The notes under the pieces are model-generated. The model was not told the origin of the DNA and ran no database searches. It saw nothing but the letters and a program-made list of their open reading frames with translations. The position numbers and the translations under genes were made by a program. DNA of 64,000 nucleotides from an uncultured delta proteobacterium (lineage in GTDB: Bacteria > Desulfobacterota > Binatia > UBA9968), in contig CAVTUQ010000012.1 of the NCBI GenBank assembly GCA_963737905.1, forward strand, positions 96,001-160,000, in the 5' to 3' direction. Positions 30,346-40,182 of this stretch are shown here, in pieces; within the stretch, counting starts at the first letter, position 1; the number at the start of each line of letters is the position of its first letter.

Positions 30346-31032
30346 CTATGCATCAGGCAATCGGGTGGAGGTTGCCTGTGATCCTAACCGCAGTTCAATC
30401 AGTTGGCGGAATGCTTGAACCAATGGCCGCGCTAAAATAGCGACGATGATCACAACTGCAAGAAGCCCCAAGGCAATAGGCCACACAAACATAAAAAGGG
30501 TTCGGTAAATTTGTCGTTCAACCGCATCTGCCCAGATCCCTACGTGCGCTGTTCCGAGCTGTCCGTCAAGAATTGGTTCGCGGGTTTCGTAAACGGTTTT
30601 TCCTTGCAATGTCAGCTGGCGCCGACTCGCTTGACGGCGCTGATCGAAAGTAAGCTCCTCCTGAAGGTCTGGAGAGAATGTTGGTAAGCTATGGGCAATC
30701 ACCTTCCCCTCACGGTCTTCAATGAAAACGTAGGCAACCCTGTTCAAACGAGCGTACTTTGTGACCGTTGTTTTTAACTGCAGCACATCTTTACTGGCGA
30801 GGTAACTTGCGGCTGCATCACTCAAGTTGGTGGCTATGAATACTGCGTTTTCATCCATTTGGTTCCGTAGCGCGCGTCCCACGAGCTGATTCAGGATAAG
30901 CGCAAAAAGAAGCCCAAAAACCAAAATCATAATCTTCCACTCGAAGCTTGCACCCTGCCACGAGAGACTGAGGGGACTTACCGCTTCGTTTCTTCTGCCT
31001 GCTTTTCTCAGTGCATCATATATGCTGCTCAT
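30346..31032 (-). CDS. Two-TM membrane protein with ExeB/GspB-like N-terminal motif and sensor-like extracytoplasmic domain
   Basis: MSSIYDALRKA; VAYVFIEDREGKVIAHS...PILDGQLGTAHVG between two hydrophobic helices. Confidence 0.55.
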   Translation of the reverse strand: MSSIYDALRKAGRRNEAVSPLSLSWQGASFEWKIMILVFGLLFALILNQLVGRALRNQMDENAVFIATNLSDAAASYLASKDVLQLKTTVTKYARLNRVAYVFIEDREGKVIAHSLPTFSPDLQEELTFDQRRQASRRQLTLQGKTVYETREPILDGQLGTAHVGIWADAVERQIYRTLFMFVWPIALGLLAVVIIVAILARPLVQAFRQLIELRLGSQATSTRLPDA

Positions 31033-31066
31033 AGCCTCTCCGACGATTTAGTTATATTTCTTCCTA

Positions 31067-32630
31067 CTATCTGGCTCCGTCCGAATTGCCAACGAATGCA
31101 AGCCATTCGTTCCGTAGACCGGTTGACCAAGTTTGATGAGCCTCTTCGAGGTTTTTCAAACCATGGATTTCAACCCGATGGAGCAAAAGATCGTCTGAAA
31201 CCTTTTTGGGTGTAATCGTAACTCGATATCCCTTGTTGCTTAAGCGTCCAGCATATTCATCGGCTTCTGCTCGGCTACGAAACGATGCCACGATAAGGCG
31301 ATATGAACCATCGGGTTGTTTCCTTAGTAACGTCTCTGGAGTCAAGCGGGGAAGCAAGAGATCGCGTCCTGCGGAAACCGAATTAAGATTCTTGATTTGA
31401 GGGTTGAACTCTTTAATGAGGTCCATACCGAGGACCGCGTTAGCTCGATAGGCATCAGCGGCAATTTTGTAGACGCTGGACCCATGCGGAATGATGACTC
31501 GCTCTTCCTTCTGCTCGACCTTGACTTCTGTATTGACTTTTTCCGGGACGGCCTTCTGGTGAGCAATAAACAGAACCCATTGGTTGAGATTATACTTGGC
31601 AACTTCGAGACTTCTCCCCGCAACCGTAAGTAAGCTTTGGGGATCGATAAGGGATGCCACGGCGAAAAAAGCGAGGATTGCCAGGCAGGTCTCAATTCCA
31701 ACTCTTATTAAGCCCCTCGCGTGCTGAGGAACGTCATCTGCTGCTTGCCGAACGGGTTTTTCGCGTTTGGTCTCAGACACCCGCATAGGAGGAGCGGTTT
31801 CTGCCGCAGCGACCTGCACTTCCGATCCTAACCTAAGGTCACGGGCCACTTCTTTGATCATATCCGCAGAAACTTTTTTTTGAGACCGTGCATAGGCGCA
31901 GAGCAGGGCATTATCACAGATGATGTTCATCAACCGGGGAATCCCATTCGAATAGAAGGCGATCTGCTTGAAGGCATCGGGATGAAACAGATCCTTGCCC
32001 TTGTACCCGGCAGCCCGAAGCCGGAAATCGATATAGGGATTCACTTCTTCGTCCTTGAGGGGAACCAGCCGGCATTGAAGGGCCACACGCTGCTTGAGCT
32101 GGCGGAGACCGGGTCGATCGAGTCTCGTCTGAAGCTCCGGTTGTCCCATCAGCACAATTTGGATTAGCTTTTCCTGATCGGTCTCCAGGTTGGAGAGAAG
32201 TCGGAGGCCTTCGAGAGCCTCATCGCTTAGGTTTTGAGCTTCGTCGACTAGCACCGACACAATGCGGTTCTGCTTGAGCTGCGTGATCAGATACTCGTTC
32301 AGCTCCTGAAGCATCGTTACCTTATTGGGTTCTTTAGGAGTCAAGCCCAGATCGTAAAGGATCGCTTGGAGCAATTCGGGAAAGTTTAAATAGGTGTTAA
32401 AGATAAAGACTGAATCTACGCGTTCCCTCCAGATTGTGCATCAGTTTACGTAGCAGGGTGGTTTTCCCTGTGCCCACCTCTCCGGTGATGAGTATGAAGC
32501 CCTTTTTGGCTTCGATCCCGTAGCGCAGATTAGCGTAGGCTTCCTCGTATACCGGGTTGGTGTAAAAGAAACTGGGATCGGGGGTAACGCTAAAAGGTGA
32601 TACCGAAAATCCAAAATAGCTGTTGTACAT
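31067..32630 (-). CDS. ExeA/GspA-family AAA ATPase with TM, LysM-like and SPOR-like domains (frameshift near 32420)
   Basis: MYNSYFGF...PF...PDP, GEVGTGKTT, VDEAQ, LRLLSNLET, GIPRL.NI.CDNAL; C-terminal YRLIVASF. Confidence 0.85.
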
Positions 32631-33064
32631 CGTACCTAGACCCTCCTTGGATTGGCTGATGGAGTCGTAGGCTTGGTGAAGCAGTAGGACGAACCTACCC
32701 TTGCCGTCGATTTTCCTTCAAGCTCTTTTGGAGCCGGGCGATTCACAGGTGGGGAAATAATTCGCCACGAATCAGGATAAGCCCCAACACTTCTTGAATT
32801 GGACCCTTTCAGCGCGTGCAATGCTGATGCCATTAGGCAAAGTTGTGCTTTTGCCAACGACCGTCACGATTAAAGCTAGCCATAGCGCTAATGGTCGTAA
32901 GGATTTTTGGTACGCATCTGGATGCTCCATCCTACAGTTTTTTTCACCAGACTATTGATCAGCCATACCGCGAGTTCGGCAAACTTTGCTATAGACCGAG
33001 CTTTTGCTTGCCAACTTGTGACACCCACCATAAGATCCGAACCCGCGCATCGAGGAAGTCAAGC

Positions 33065-33877
33065 ATGGATCTCGAACAGATAACCAGAGACTGGAATAGT
33101 TCCGGGCTGGTGGTCATTTCCGGGTTCCTTGATCGCTGGGAAATTGCGGACCTGAAGCGCATTTGCGATCATGTTCTTCAACAGGCGATCGCAGAAGCTC
33201 CGGATCGCGCGAATGCATCGAACATTGCGTTTTTGACGGAACCGAGGTATTTCCACTCACGCGAAGCGGATCTATTACGTTTACTCGAATTTATCGCGGA
33301 TCAGAGAATCGTTACGCTCCTGACCCACTTGGCCGGCGGACCGCCGCTGTTTCATAACACGCAGTATTTTTACAATCCCGCCAGTATGTCATGGGATGGA
33401 GATTGGCATCGGGACACGCAGTTTCTGGCTCCCGAGGTCGCGCTCGAACAGGAACGCATGAAGCAGCACACTGGCGTACATTTTCGGGTCGCCTTGGTGG
33501 CGGATTCCCAACTGGAATATGTTCCGGGGTCGGAGCGTCGCTGGGATTTACCCGACGAATTGGATATTCGCAAAGGCCCTCAGCCGAACCGTTCAGACAT
33601 GCCGCACCGTAGAACGATAGCGCTTGGAGCAGGCGACGCATGCATTTTTCACGCCTGGGGCATTCATCGCGGCACTTACCGAGCGGATGTTCCGCGGCGG
33701 ACGTTGGACATTATCTACGGTTGGGGTGGAACAAGCGACTACTGCCCGCCGCCGCCAATGTGTTTTACCCAGCGAGAATTACTGGCACGCCTGAGCCCAG
33801 GCGCCCGAAACTTTTTCAACTATTTCATTAGTGCTTATAGCGGTACTGGAATCGGGAACACTTCTAAATTGAGATGA
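33065..33877 (+). CDS. Phytanoyl-CoA dioxygenase (PhyH) family Fe/2OG oxygenase
   Basis: WHRD, YVPGS, AGDACIFH...IHRG, RR. Confidence 0.85.
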   Translation: MDLEQITRDWNSSGLVVISGFLDRWEIADLKRICDHVLQQAIAEAPDRANASNIAFLTEPRYFHSREADLLRLLEFIADQRIVTLLTHLAGGPPLFHNTQYFYNPASMSWDGDWHRDTQFLAPEVALEQERMKQHTGVHFRVALVADSQLEYVPGSERRWDLPDELDIRKGPQPNRSDMPHRRTIALGAGDACIFHAWGIHRGTYRADVPRRTLDIIYGWGGTSDYCPPPPMCFTQRELLARLSPGARNFFNYFISAYSGTGIGNTSKLR

Positions 33878-34122
33878 GTTGAGCGCGCCTCGGTAAATGT
33901 TCCAGGCCGGTTTCTCAGTGATTTCTTATTGAGCTGTTTCACTCCGACTTCCGGTTCTGATAGATAGACTTCGTTTGCTCGTTTGACAGCGGCTAAACCC
34001 GTTATTGCGCTGATGCGAAGCCGGCAACGTTTGGTGAGAGGCGAAAGGGTGGTCTTCTTGCGAAGGCCTCAGAGTCGAATTAATACTAGGGGCGTCTAAC
34101 CGGGTGCCCGACGGAAGAACGG

Positions 34123-34902
34123 ATGTTGCGGAGATTACTTTTTTTCCCTTATCAACTTTGTCTTATTGTCTTGTTTCTCCTTCTTGGGGTCTCGTGGGGA
34201 ATCGGCTGTTATTTTGCCAGTCTGTTTTCCAACGGTGAAGATCGTGCTCAGAGATATCTCAACCATTGGGCGAGAATTAGTCTCAGGTTTGCGCGCCTTG
34301 AGATTACGGTTGCGGGTCTGGAACGCTTGGATCTGAGCCGACCCTACGTCTTTATGCCTAATCATTCGAGCTTTCTTGATGTTCTCCTAGTGTTCGCCTT
34401 CATTCCGCATAATTTTCGCAGCATTGTTAAAGAAGAGTTTTTTTCGATTCCTCTTCTGGGTCTGACGGTCAAGAGCTCGGGACAGATCCCGCTGGATCGG
34501 AACAGTCCAAGGAAGGGCCTGCAGAGCATCAAGCAGGCTGCGGAGTTGATTAGGCGGGGGGTGTCAATTGTCGTTTTTCCCGAAGGAACGCGGAGCCCCG
34601 ACGGAAAAATTCACGAGTTCAAGACTACGCTTTTCGTATTGCCTATTCGGACGCGAACCCCAGTTGTGCCCGTCCTGATCGAGGGAACCTTTGAGGCATT
34701 GCGAAGCGGCAGCATATTACTTAAGCACTCTCCGGTGAAGGTGACCTTTCTCGACCCGGTTTCGCCGGATTGCTTTTCCGACAAAGACCGAGGTTTATAC
34801 GCAGAAAAGGTACGCCGGCGCTTGATCGAATCCAGTCAAAACCCCATGGCGACTGGAAAAACAACAAGCGGATGCAAATCACGGGAATTTAGCCCCAACT
34901 GA
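34123..34902 (+). CDS. plsC: 1-acyl-sn-glycerol-3-phosphate acyltransferase
   Basis: NHSSFLD and FPEGTRS motifs. Confidence 0.88.
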   Translation: MLRRLLFFPYQLCLIVLFLLLGVSWGIGCYFASLFSNGEDRAQRYLNHWARISLRFARLEITVAGLERLDLSRPYVFMPNHSSFLDVLLVFAFIPHNFRSIVKEEFFSIPLLGLTVKSSGQIPLDRNSPRKGLQSIKQAAELIRRGVSIVVFPEGTRSPDGKIHEFKTTLFVLPIRTRTPVVPVLIEGTFEALRSGSILLKHSPVKVTFLDPVSPDCFSDKDRGLYAEKVRRRLIESSQNPMATGKTTSGCKSREFSPN

Positions 34903-35031
34903 ACTCTACACTATTGACCACGTGCTAATTCCAAACGCGTTCCTCGGTCTTGAGATCGAGCGCTTGCTCGTTGGCGCGGACGACACAGATTTGATCTTTG
35001 GCGAAATTTTACGAGGAGAGGATAGGTTGCG

Positions 35032-36375
35032 ATGATCTTCCGCAAGCAAACGATTGTTGTTTTTGCACTGTTTTCCGCGCTGGGGCTGAGCTTGCTTGCA
35101 ACTCCGAGTCCGGCGGATCTGGAACAGTATGTCCGGAAGCCCGAAGCCGAGTTCGGTTGGAAACTAAAAGAAAAAATCGAGCGCGAGCAGTCTGGAGACC
35201 GGATCTACGATCTCCATTTCGTGTCACAGACCTGGCAGGGCAATACCTGGCAGCATCAATTGCAAGTCTATCAGCCGCGAAACGTTGCGCCGAACTCGAC
35301 CCTGTTTCTATGGGTCACGGGCGGTTCGGCCAGACCGGCCTATGTCTCCTTGGGTTTGGAGCTGGCCCGGAAAATTAACGCTCCGGTGGCCATTCTTTAC
35401 CACATTCCGAATCAGCCGCTGCTGGAAAGTAAACTGAGTGAAGACGATCTGATCGCCGAAACGTTTGTCCGTTATCTCAATACCAAAGATGAAAACTGGC
35501 CGCTGCTCTTGCCGATGGTCAAAAGTGTCGTCAAAGCGATGGATGTTTTGCAGGCGTTTGGCAAACGAGAATGGGACAGTCCGGTAAATAGCTTCATCGT
35601 ATCCGGGGCGTCGAAGCGCGGCTGGACGACCTGGCTCACCGCGGCCATCGACCCGCGAGTTCGTGCCATCGCTCCGGTGGTCATTGATACGCTCAATATT
35701 CGCGCGCAGATGCCGCGACAGCTCAAAGCCTTCGGCGCCTATAGTGGCCCGCTCACGCCTTATACCAGTCGTGGATTGGTGCCGATACCGGAAACACCCG
35801 AAGGCCAGCGCCTCTTGAGCATGGTCGATCCCTGGGAGTACCGCGAAAGGCTGGCCTTGCCCAAGTTGATCGTTAACGGCACTAACGATTTCTACTGGGC
35901 CACAGACGCGCTCAATCTGTATTGGAACGAGCTCACAGGAAAAAAGTGGGTAGTTTACGTGCCGAACGCCGGACATGATTTGAAGCGGCGGGACAAGCCT
36001 GAACCGGACCAGTTGACGGATCTCGTCAATAGTCTCGCGGCTTTCTCCCGTTATCAAATAAGCGGCCGGTCCATGCCGAACCTGGCGTGGAAGCATGAAA
36101 CCATAAACGGCAAACTCCGTCTGACGATCGACGCGACCCCGGAACCCACGGGCGCAAGGCTCTGGGTGGCAGAGACACGAACTCAAGATTTTCGCACGGC
36201 TAAATGGCGAGAGCAGGCCGTGACTCTTTCGAACGGTGTAGTTATCGGCGAAGTGACTCCACCGGAGAAAGGCCATATCGCGTTCTACGGCGAGCTGGAC
36301 TACGAAATCGACGGCCTGAAATATCACCTCTCTACTCAGGTGCGGATGACGGAATGCAATGTGGAGCAATGTTAA
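35032..36375 (+). CDS. PqaA-family (PhoPQ-activated pathogenicity-related) alpha/beta hydrolase, secreted
   Basis: SQTWQG..WQH, EDDLIA, WPLLLPMVK, GASKRGWTTW, VPNAGH. Confidence 0.9.
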   Translation: MIFRKQTIVVFALFSALGLSLLATPSPADLEQYVRKPEAEFGWKLKEKIEREQSGDRIYDLHFVSQTWQGNTWQHQLQVYQPRNVAPNSTLFLWVTGGSARPAYVSLGLELARKINAPVAILYHIPNQPLLESKLSEDDLIAETFVRYLNTKDENWPLLLPMVKSVVKAMDVLQAFGKREWDSPVNSFIVSGASKRGWTTWLTAAIDPRVRAIAPVVIDTLNIRAQMPRQLKAFGAYSGPLTPYTSRGLVPIPETPEGQRLLSMVDPWEYRERLALPKLIVNGTNDFYWATDALNLYWNELTGKKWVVYVPNAGHDLKRRDKPEPDQLTDLVNSLAAFSRYQISGRSMPNLAWKHETINGKLRLTIDATPEPTGARLWVAETRTQDFRTAKWREQAVTLSNGVVIGEVTPPEKGHIAFYGELDYEIDGLKYHLSTQVRMTECNVEQC

Positions 36376-36416
36376 CTACTATGGGTCGTTGAAAAATCAT
36401 TGGCGGGCGCGATGCC

Positions 36417-36734
36417 TCAACACAGCGATTTCTTCACGATACCCAAAAACGTAACAAGCTCTGCGGTCGCCAAAACGCTAGCGCCGAAACGCGCAAGAAT
36501 CAGATACTCCAGAGTGCCGGCGAAGTAGCAGAGAAAAACTGCGATACTGAAGTTGATGTAGAATCTGGGTTTAGAAAGCCCGACTGCGGGAGAGCCGAAA
36601 AACAACTCTCGATCGTGATCTGTGAATGCCGGTCTGCCGCCGGCTTTGCGCCGCAGCACCAACACACCGGTCGCGACAAATAGGATCGTAAAAAATGTGA
36701 TTCCCTCCCACAAATAATAGCCGATACGTTCCAC
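36417..36734 (-). CDS. Hypothetical membrane protein
   Basis: 105-aa ORF with three hydrophobic segments. Confidence 0.5.
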   Translation of the reverse strand: MERIGYYLWEGITFFTILFVATGVLVLRRKAGGRPAFTDHDRELFFGSPAVGLSKPRFYINFSIAVFLCYFAGTLEYLILARFGASVLATAELVTFLGIVKKSLC

Positions 36735-36924
36735 TGGGGCCCCTTGGATTTACCTGCCACGGCGTTAACTTCCCAATTTTCCGAGGCTGGCAACGTTTAT
36801 CGAGGAGCCGATTCGATGTCAAGAGATGCTTGTCGTCCGCCCATCTCAGCGTCCCGACTTTCAAATCTCGATTGGCTCAGGGTCTTGGTGATTGTAAGAG
36901 TTTGATCTGCGTGCTTTCATCCGG

Positions 36925-38127
36925 GTGATGAGAGTGTTCTTGAGCTATGCTTCCGAGGATCGCAACCAAGCGGAAGCCATCTACTTGTCTTTGCGCGGCC
37001 AGGGGCACACCGTATTCTTCGACCGCACAAATCTGCCGCCGGGGGAGGAATACGATGCGCGGATCCGGCGCGGGATCGAGCGATCGAAGCTTCTAGTCTT
37101 TCTTGTAAGCCCGTACTCCTTGGATGCCGGCAGCTACACGCTCACCGAACTCGACATCGCTCAGAAGACTTGGGCACACCCCACCGGAAGAGTTTTGCCG
37201 GTGGTCCTTCGGCCGACTCCGTTGGACCTCATCCCGCCCTACCTGAAGTCGGTTACCCTGCTCGAAACTGAGGGCAACGTGGTGGCCACGGTGGCCGATG
37301 CGGTGCACCGGATTGCTCTGGAGCGACGTCGCGCGATGCTGGGGACCGTCGCCAAAGGAGTGGGAATCGCAGGCGTCGTCTGCGCGGGAGCGTATTTTTA
37401 TTTTGCGTATCGCCAACCGTCTCCAGAAACCATCGGCAAGGATGGCGCCCCCGCGGTAGTCGTACCCGCCGGTAATTTCACGATGGGAGACGACGAAGAG
37501 TCGCCGCTTCGAGATATTTATTTGGACGCTTTCTATATCGACAAGTACGAGATAACGGTGTCTCGCTATGCGAAGTTTTTGAAGACAACCGGCGGCGTGA
37601 GAGCCCCGGAAGGCTGGGCGGAGGCGACCCGCGACGGCGCCAATGATTTGCCTGTGGTCGGCGTGGATTGGTACGACGCCGACGCCTACTGCAAGTGGGC
37701 AGGTAAGCGCTTGCCGACCGACGCAGAGTGGGAAAAAGCGGCGCGTGGCACGGACGGGCGGAGGTTTCCCTGGGGCGATGATGAGCCGACCTCGACACGC
37801 GCGAACTTTGGCAAGTCCTCAGAGGGGAATGCTTATAACGGAGGGCTCGCGCCGGCAGGTGGGCGCGAATCCGGTAGCAGCCCGTACGGCGCGCAAGATC
37901 TTGCGGGCAATGCTTCGGAGTGGGTGGCGGACTGGTTCGCGGAAAGCTTTCTGCGCGGCGACGTCAGAAATCCCAAGGGTCCGGAGAGCGGCACGGCGAA
38001 GGTGATTCGGGGCGGAGGGTGGTACGACCCTCCCGATAGATTGAATACGACCCGGCGTATGCACGCAAACCCAGGTCATCGCGACGACGACCTCGGGTTC
38101 CGTTGCGCCAGGGACTTTAACCGGTAA
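36925..38127 (+). CDS. TIR domain - TM - FGE-sulfatase (SUMF1/C-lectin-like) domain protein
   Basis: VFLSYASEDR...SYTLTEL (TIR); GVGIAGVVCAGAYFYFAY (TM); FTMG, DKYEIT, RLPTDAEWEKAARG, RGGGW, GFRC. Confidence 0.88.
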   Translation: MMRVFLSYASEDRNQAEAIYLSLRGQGHTVFFDRTNLPPGEEYDARIRRGIERSKLLVFLVSPYSLDAGSYTLTELDIAQKTWAHPTGRVLPVVLRPTPLDLIPPYLKSVTLLETEGNVVATVADAVHRIALERRRAMLGTVAKGVGIAGVVCAGAYFYFAYRQPSPETIGKDGAPAVVVPAGNFTMGDDEESPLRDIYLDAFYIDKYEITVSRYAKFLKTTGGVRAPEGWAEATRDGANDLPVVGVDWYDADAYCKWAGKRLPTDAEWEKAARGTDGRRFPWGDDEPTSTRANFGKSSEGNAYNGGLAPAGGRESGSSPYGAQDLAGNASEWVADWFAESFLRGDVRNPKGPESGTAKVIRGGGWYDPPDRLNTTRRMHANPGHRDDDLGFRCARDFNR

Positions 38128-38297
38128 TGCTGATGTTGAATGTCCATCGATGGGCTTTAAGCCATCGGTATAACCTGCCTCTTAAGACGTGAACTTCCTT
38201 GCCAAGATCGGTAAATGCAAATAGACTTCAGGCAACAAAAGACTGGCAGCCATATGCGCCAACAATTCTGTGGCCGTCAGGTGAAAAGGAGGAAACC

Positions 38298-38702
38298 ATG
38301 TCCGATCAAACGCTGCGAGGAAGTTGTCTTTGCAAAGCGGTGCGCTATGAAGTGACGCCGCCATTTATCCGATTCGTTCATTGCTATTGCTCCCGTTGCC
38401 GCAAGGCCACGGGGGGAGTGCGGGCGACAAATATCGCGGTGGTCCCCGATCAGTTTCGCTGGGTGTCTGGAGAGGAGCTTATCTCGCGCTACGATCTGCC
38501 GGAAGCGAGAAGCTTCGCGAGGCAGATCTGCAAACGTTGCAACTGCCCCGTGCCTCACAAGTCGCGTAGCGGCGAACAGGTCATTGTTCCCGCAGGCACC
38601 TTGGACGACGATCCCGCGAGTAAGCCGTCGGATCATCGGAATTGGGGAAGCCGGGTTTCCTGGGCCACGATAGACGAATCCCACCTGCCGATTTCCGAAT
38701 AG
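38298..38702 (+). CDS. GFA/CENP-V family protein
   Basis: GSCLCKAVRY, HCYCSRCRK, ICKRC. Confidence 0.9.
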   Translation: MSDQTLRGSCLCKAVRYEVTPPFIRFVHCYCSRCRKATGGVRATNIAVVPDQFRWVSGEELISRYDLPEARSFARQICKRCNCPVPHKSRSGEQVIVPAGTLDDDPASKPSDHRNWGSRVSWATIDESHLPISE

Positions 38703-38862
38703 CCGGTGAACGACGCCCGGCGGCAAGATTGATGAGCTCATCATTCGTGTCCCGAAGAATCCGCCCTGCGAAAAAGAGATGTGTTTGCTGCAAAGGGTTG
38801 GGATAGAAGTATGCTGTTAAATGCGTTTTGGAAGAAACCAAATTTAAGCACGCTTTGGACAT

Positions 38863-38903
38863 CTGTCAAGAGAGTTGACAGCTTTGGAGGCCGTGCTTAT
38901 CTT
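38863..38903 (+). promoter_or_regulatory. Promoter of hsp20 with palindrome over the -35
   Basis: TTGACA(38875-80)-N17-TATCTT(38898-903); inverted repeat ctgtcaa-gagag-ttgacag. Confidence 0.65.
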
Positions 38904-38939
38904 TTTAGCAATAAACACAAGGTCTAAAGGAGGCCGATT

Positions 38940-39362
38940 ATGGAAGTAGTAAGATGGGAACCGTTTGAGAGTTTAAACAAGATGCACGCGCGGATCAATG
39001 ACTTATTCGGGGAGAGCTTCGGTCGTTCTACCACGTGGTATCCAGCCGTGGACGTTTTGGAAGGTAAGGATGCTTATCTGATTCGGGCCGAGCTTCCGGG
39101 AATGAAGAAGGAAGATTTCCATCTGGAAGTTAAAGATGGAACACTGACTCTGACCGGGGAGCGAAAATCCGAGAAGGCAGCGGACGGCGTCGAATATCGC
39201 AGCGTGGAACGGGTTAACGGAAAATTCTGGCGATCGTTTTCGCTTCCGGAAACCGTAAAGCACGACGGCATCCAAGCCACATATAAGGACGGCATTTTGG
39301 AGATTCATGTTCCAAAAGCCGAGGAAGCCAAGCCGCGGCAAATCGAAATAACCGTGCACTAA
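38940..39362 (+). CDS. Hsp20/alpha-crystallin small heat-shock protein
   Basis: PAVDV, AELPG, ER..GKF.RSFSLP, ATYKDGILEIHVPK. Confidence 0.95.
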   Translation: MEVVRWEPFESLNKMHARINDLFGESFGRSTTWYPAVDVLEGKDAYLIRAELPGMKKEDFHLEVKDGTLTLTGERKSEKAADGVEYRSVERVNGKFWRSFSLPETVKHDGIQATYKDGILEIHVPKAEEAKPRQIEITVH

Positions 39363-39385
39363 TCTCAGCGTTTCCTAAACAGGAT

Positions 39386-39419
39386 AAAAAAGGGGAAGCA
39401 TCTTGCTTCCCTTTTTTTA
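39386..39419. terminator. Intrinsic (bidirectional-looking) terminator
   Basis: A-tract, gggaagca-tct-tgcttccc hairpin, T-tract. Confidence 0.85.
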
Positions 39420-39458
39420 TTTGTGCGCGCATTGTATTAAGGTCTGGATTATCGTCCT

Positions 39459-39869
39459 ATGGCTAAAGCAAACGCACGGAGCGACCCTCGTTTGCGACTG
39501 ATCGAGTATACACTACCAGGGCATTGGAAAGCCTTGGTCGGTCGCACTGACGCTGACAACGACGAGCTGAGCCTGACGTTGGCTCGACCGGACGACTGGT
39601 GGTTCCACGTTCGCGGTGTGCCCGGCGGCCACGTGATACTGCAAGGGCCAGCAGGAGAGGAGCCCGATCGCGCGACACTGAAGCGTGCCGCCGCCATCGC
39701 GGCGTACCATAGCAAGGCCAGACGCGCTGGCCTGGTCGCGGTCTCATGCACCCGCGCTCGTTATGTCAGCAAGCCTCGCCACGCAAAAACGGGAACCGTG
39801 CAGATTCGCAAGGAGGTCGTGCTTAAGGTCCGCCCGGCAGCAGCTGCGGAATTACAACCTGGAAAATGA
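39459..39869 (+). CDS. Stand-alone NFACT-R (DUF814) RNA-binding domain protein
   Basis: VGRT...ND.L, DWWFHVRGVPGGHVIL, AAAIAAYHSK, YVSKP. Confidence 0.88.
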   Translation: MAKANARSDPRLRLIEYTLPGHWKALVGRTDADNDELSLTLARPDDWWFHVRGVPGGHVILQGPAGEEPDRATLKRAAAIAAYHSKARRAGLVAVSCTRARYVSKPRHAKTGTVQIRKEVVLKVRPAAAAELQPGK

Positions 39870-39899
39870 ATCCAGTCAAGACAACTGGAGAATTCTGAA

Positions 39900-40182
39900 A
39901 TGGCAGCACCGGCAGATATCACTTGGAGAGGTTACTCCTTAGCGGAACGTGATTGGCGGTGGCAGCGGGTACGGCGACGACGGCCCGCTCTTGAAGGCGA
40001 AATCTCCGGGCGATCACTTGCGCGACTTAGGTATCGAGAAAGGTAACGCGTTTATTTGGAAGCCCATCAGCATGACAACCGACGAGCGCATTCGATTCAC
40101 TTGGGGTGGCCCCGTGATCGTGACTGACAAAGGTGCGGAAGCGCTGTTCACTCGTTCTCAAGGAATGGTTTCCATATGCTGA
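39900..40182 (+). pseudogene. Internally deleted M24 (Xaa-Pro aminopeptidase-like) gene
   Basis: RBS+ATG 39900 gives SLAERDWRWQRVR (N-terminal motif) joined out of frame to GDDGPL...KP...WGGPVIVTDKGAE (C-terminal motif). Confidence 0.55.

Noticed and set aside
37450-38127. FGE/C-lectin domain as a diversity-generating retroelement target
   Set aside because: No reverse transcriptase and no second copy of its 3' region seen in the window
38904-38930. CIRCE element before hsp20
   Set aside because: Only TTAGCA matches; the right arm is absent
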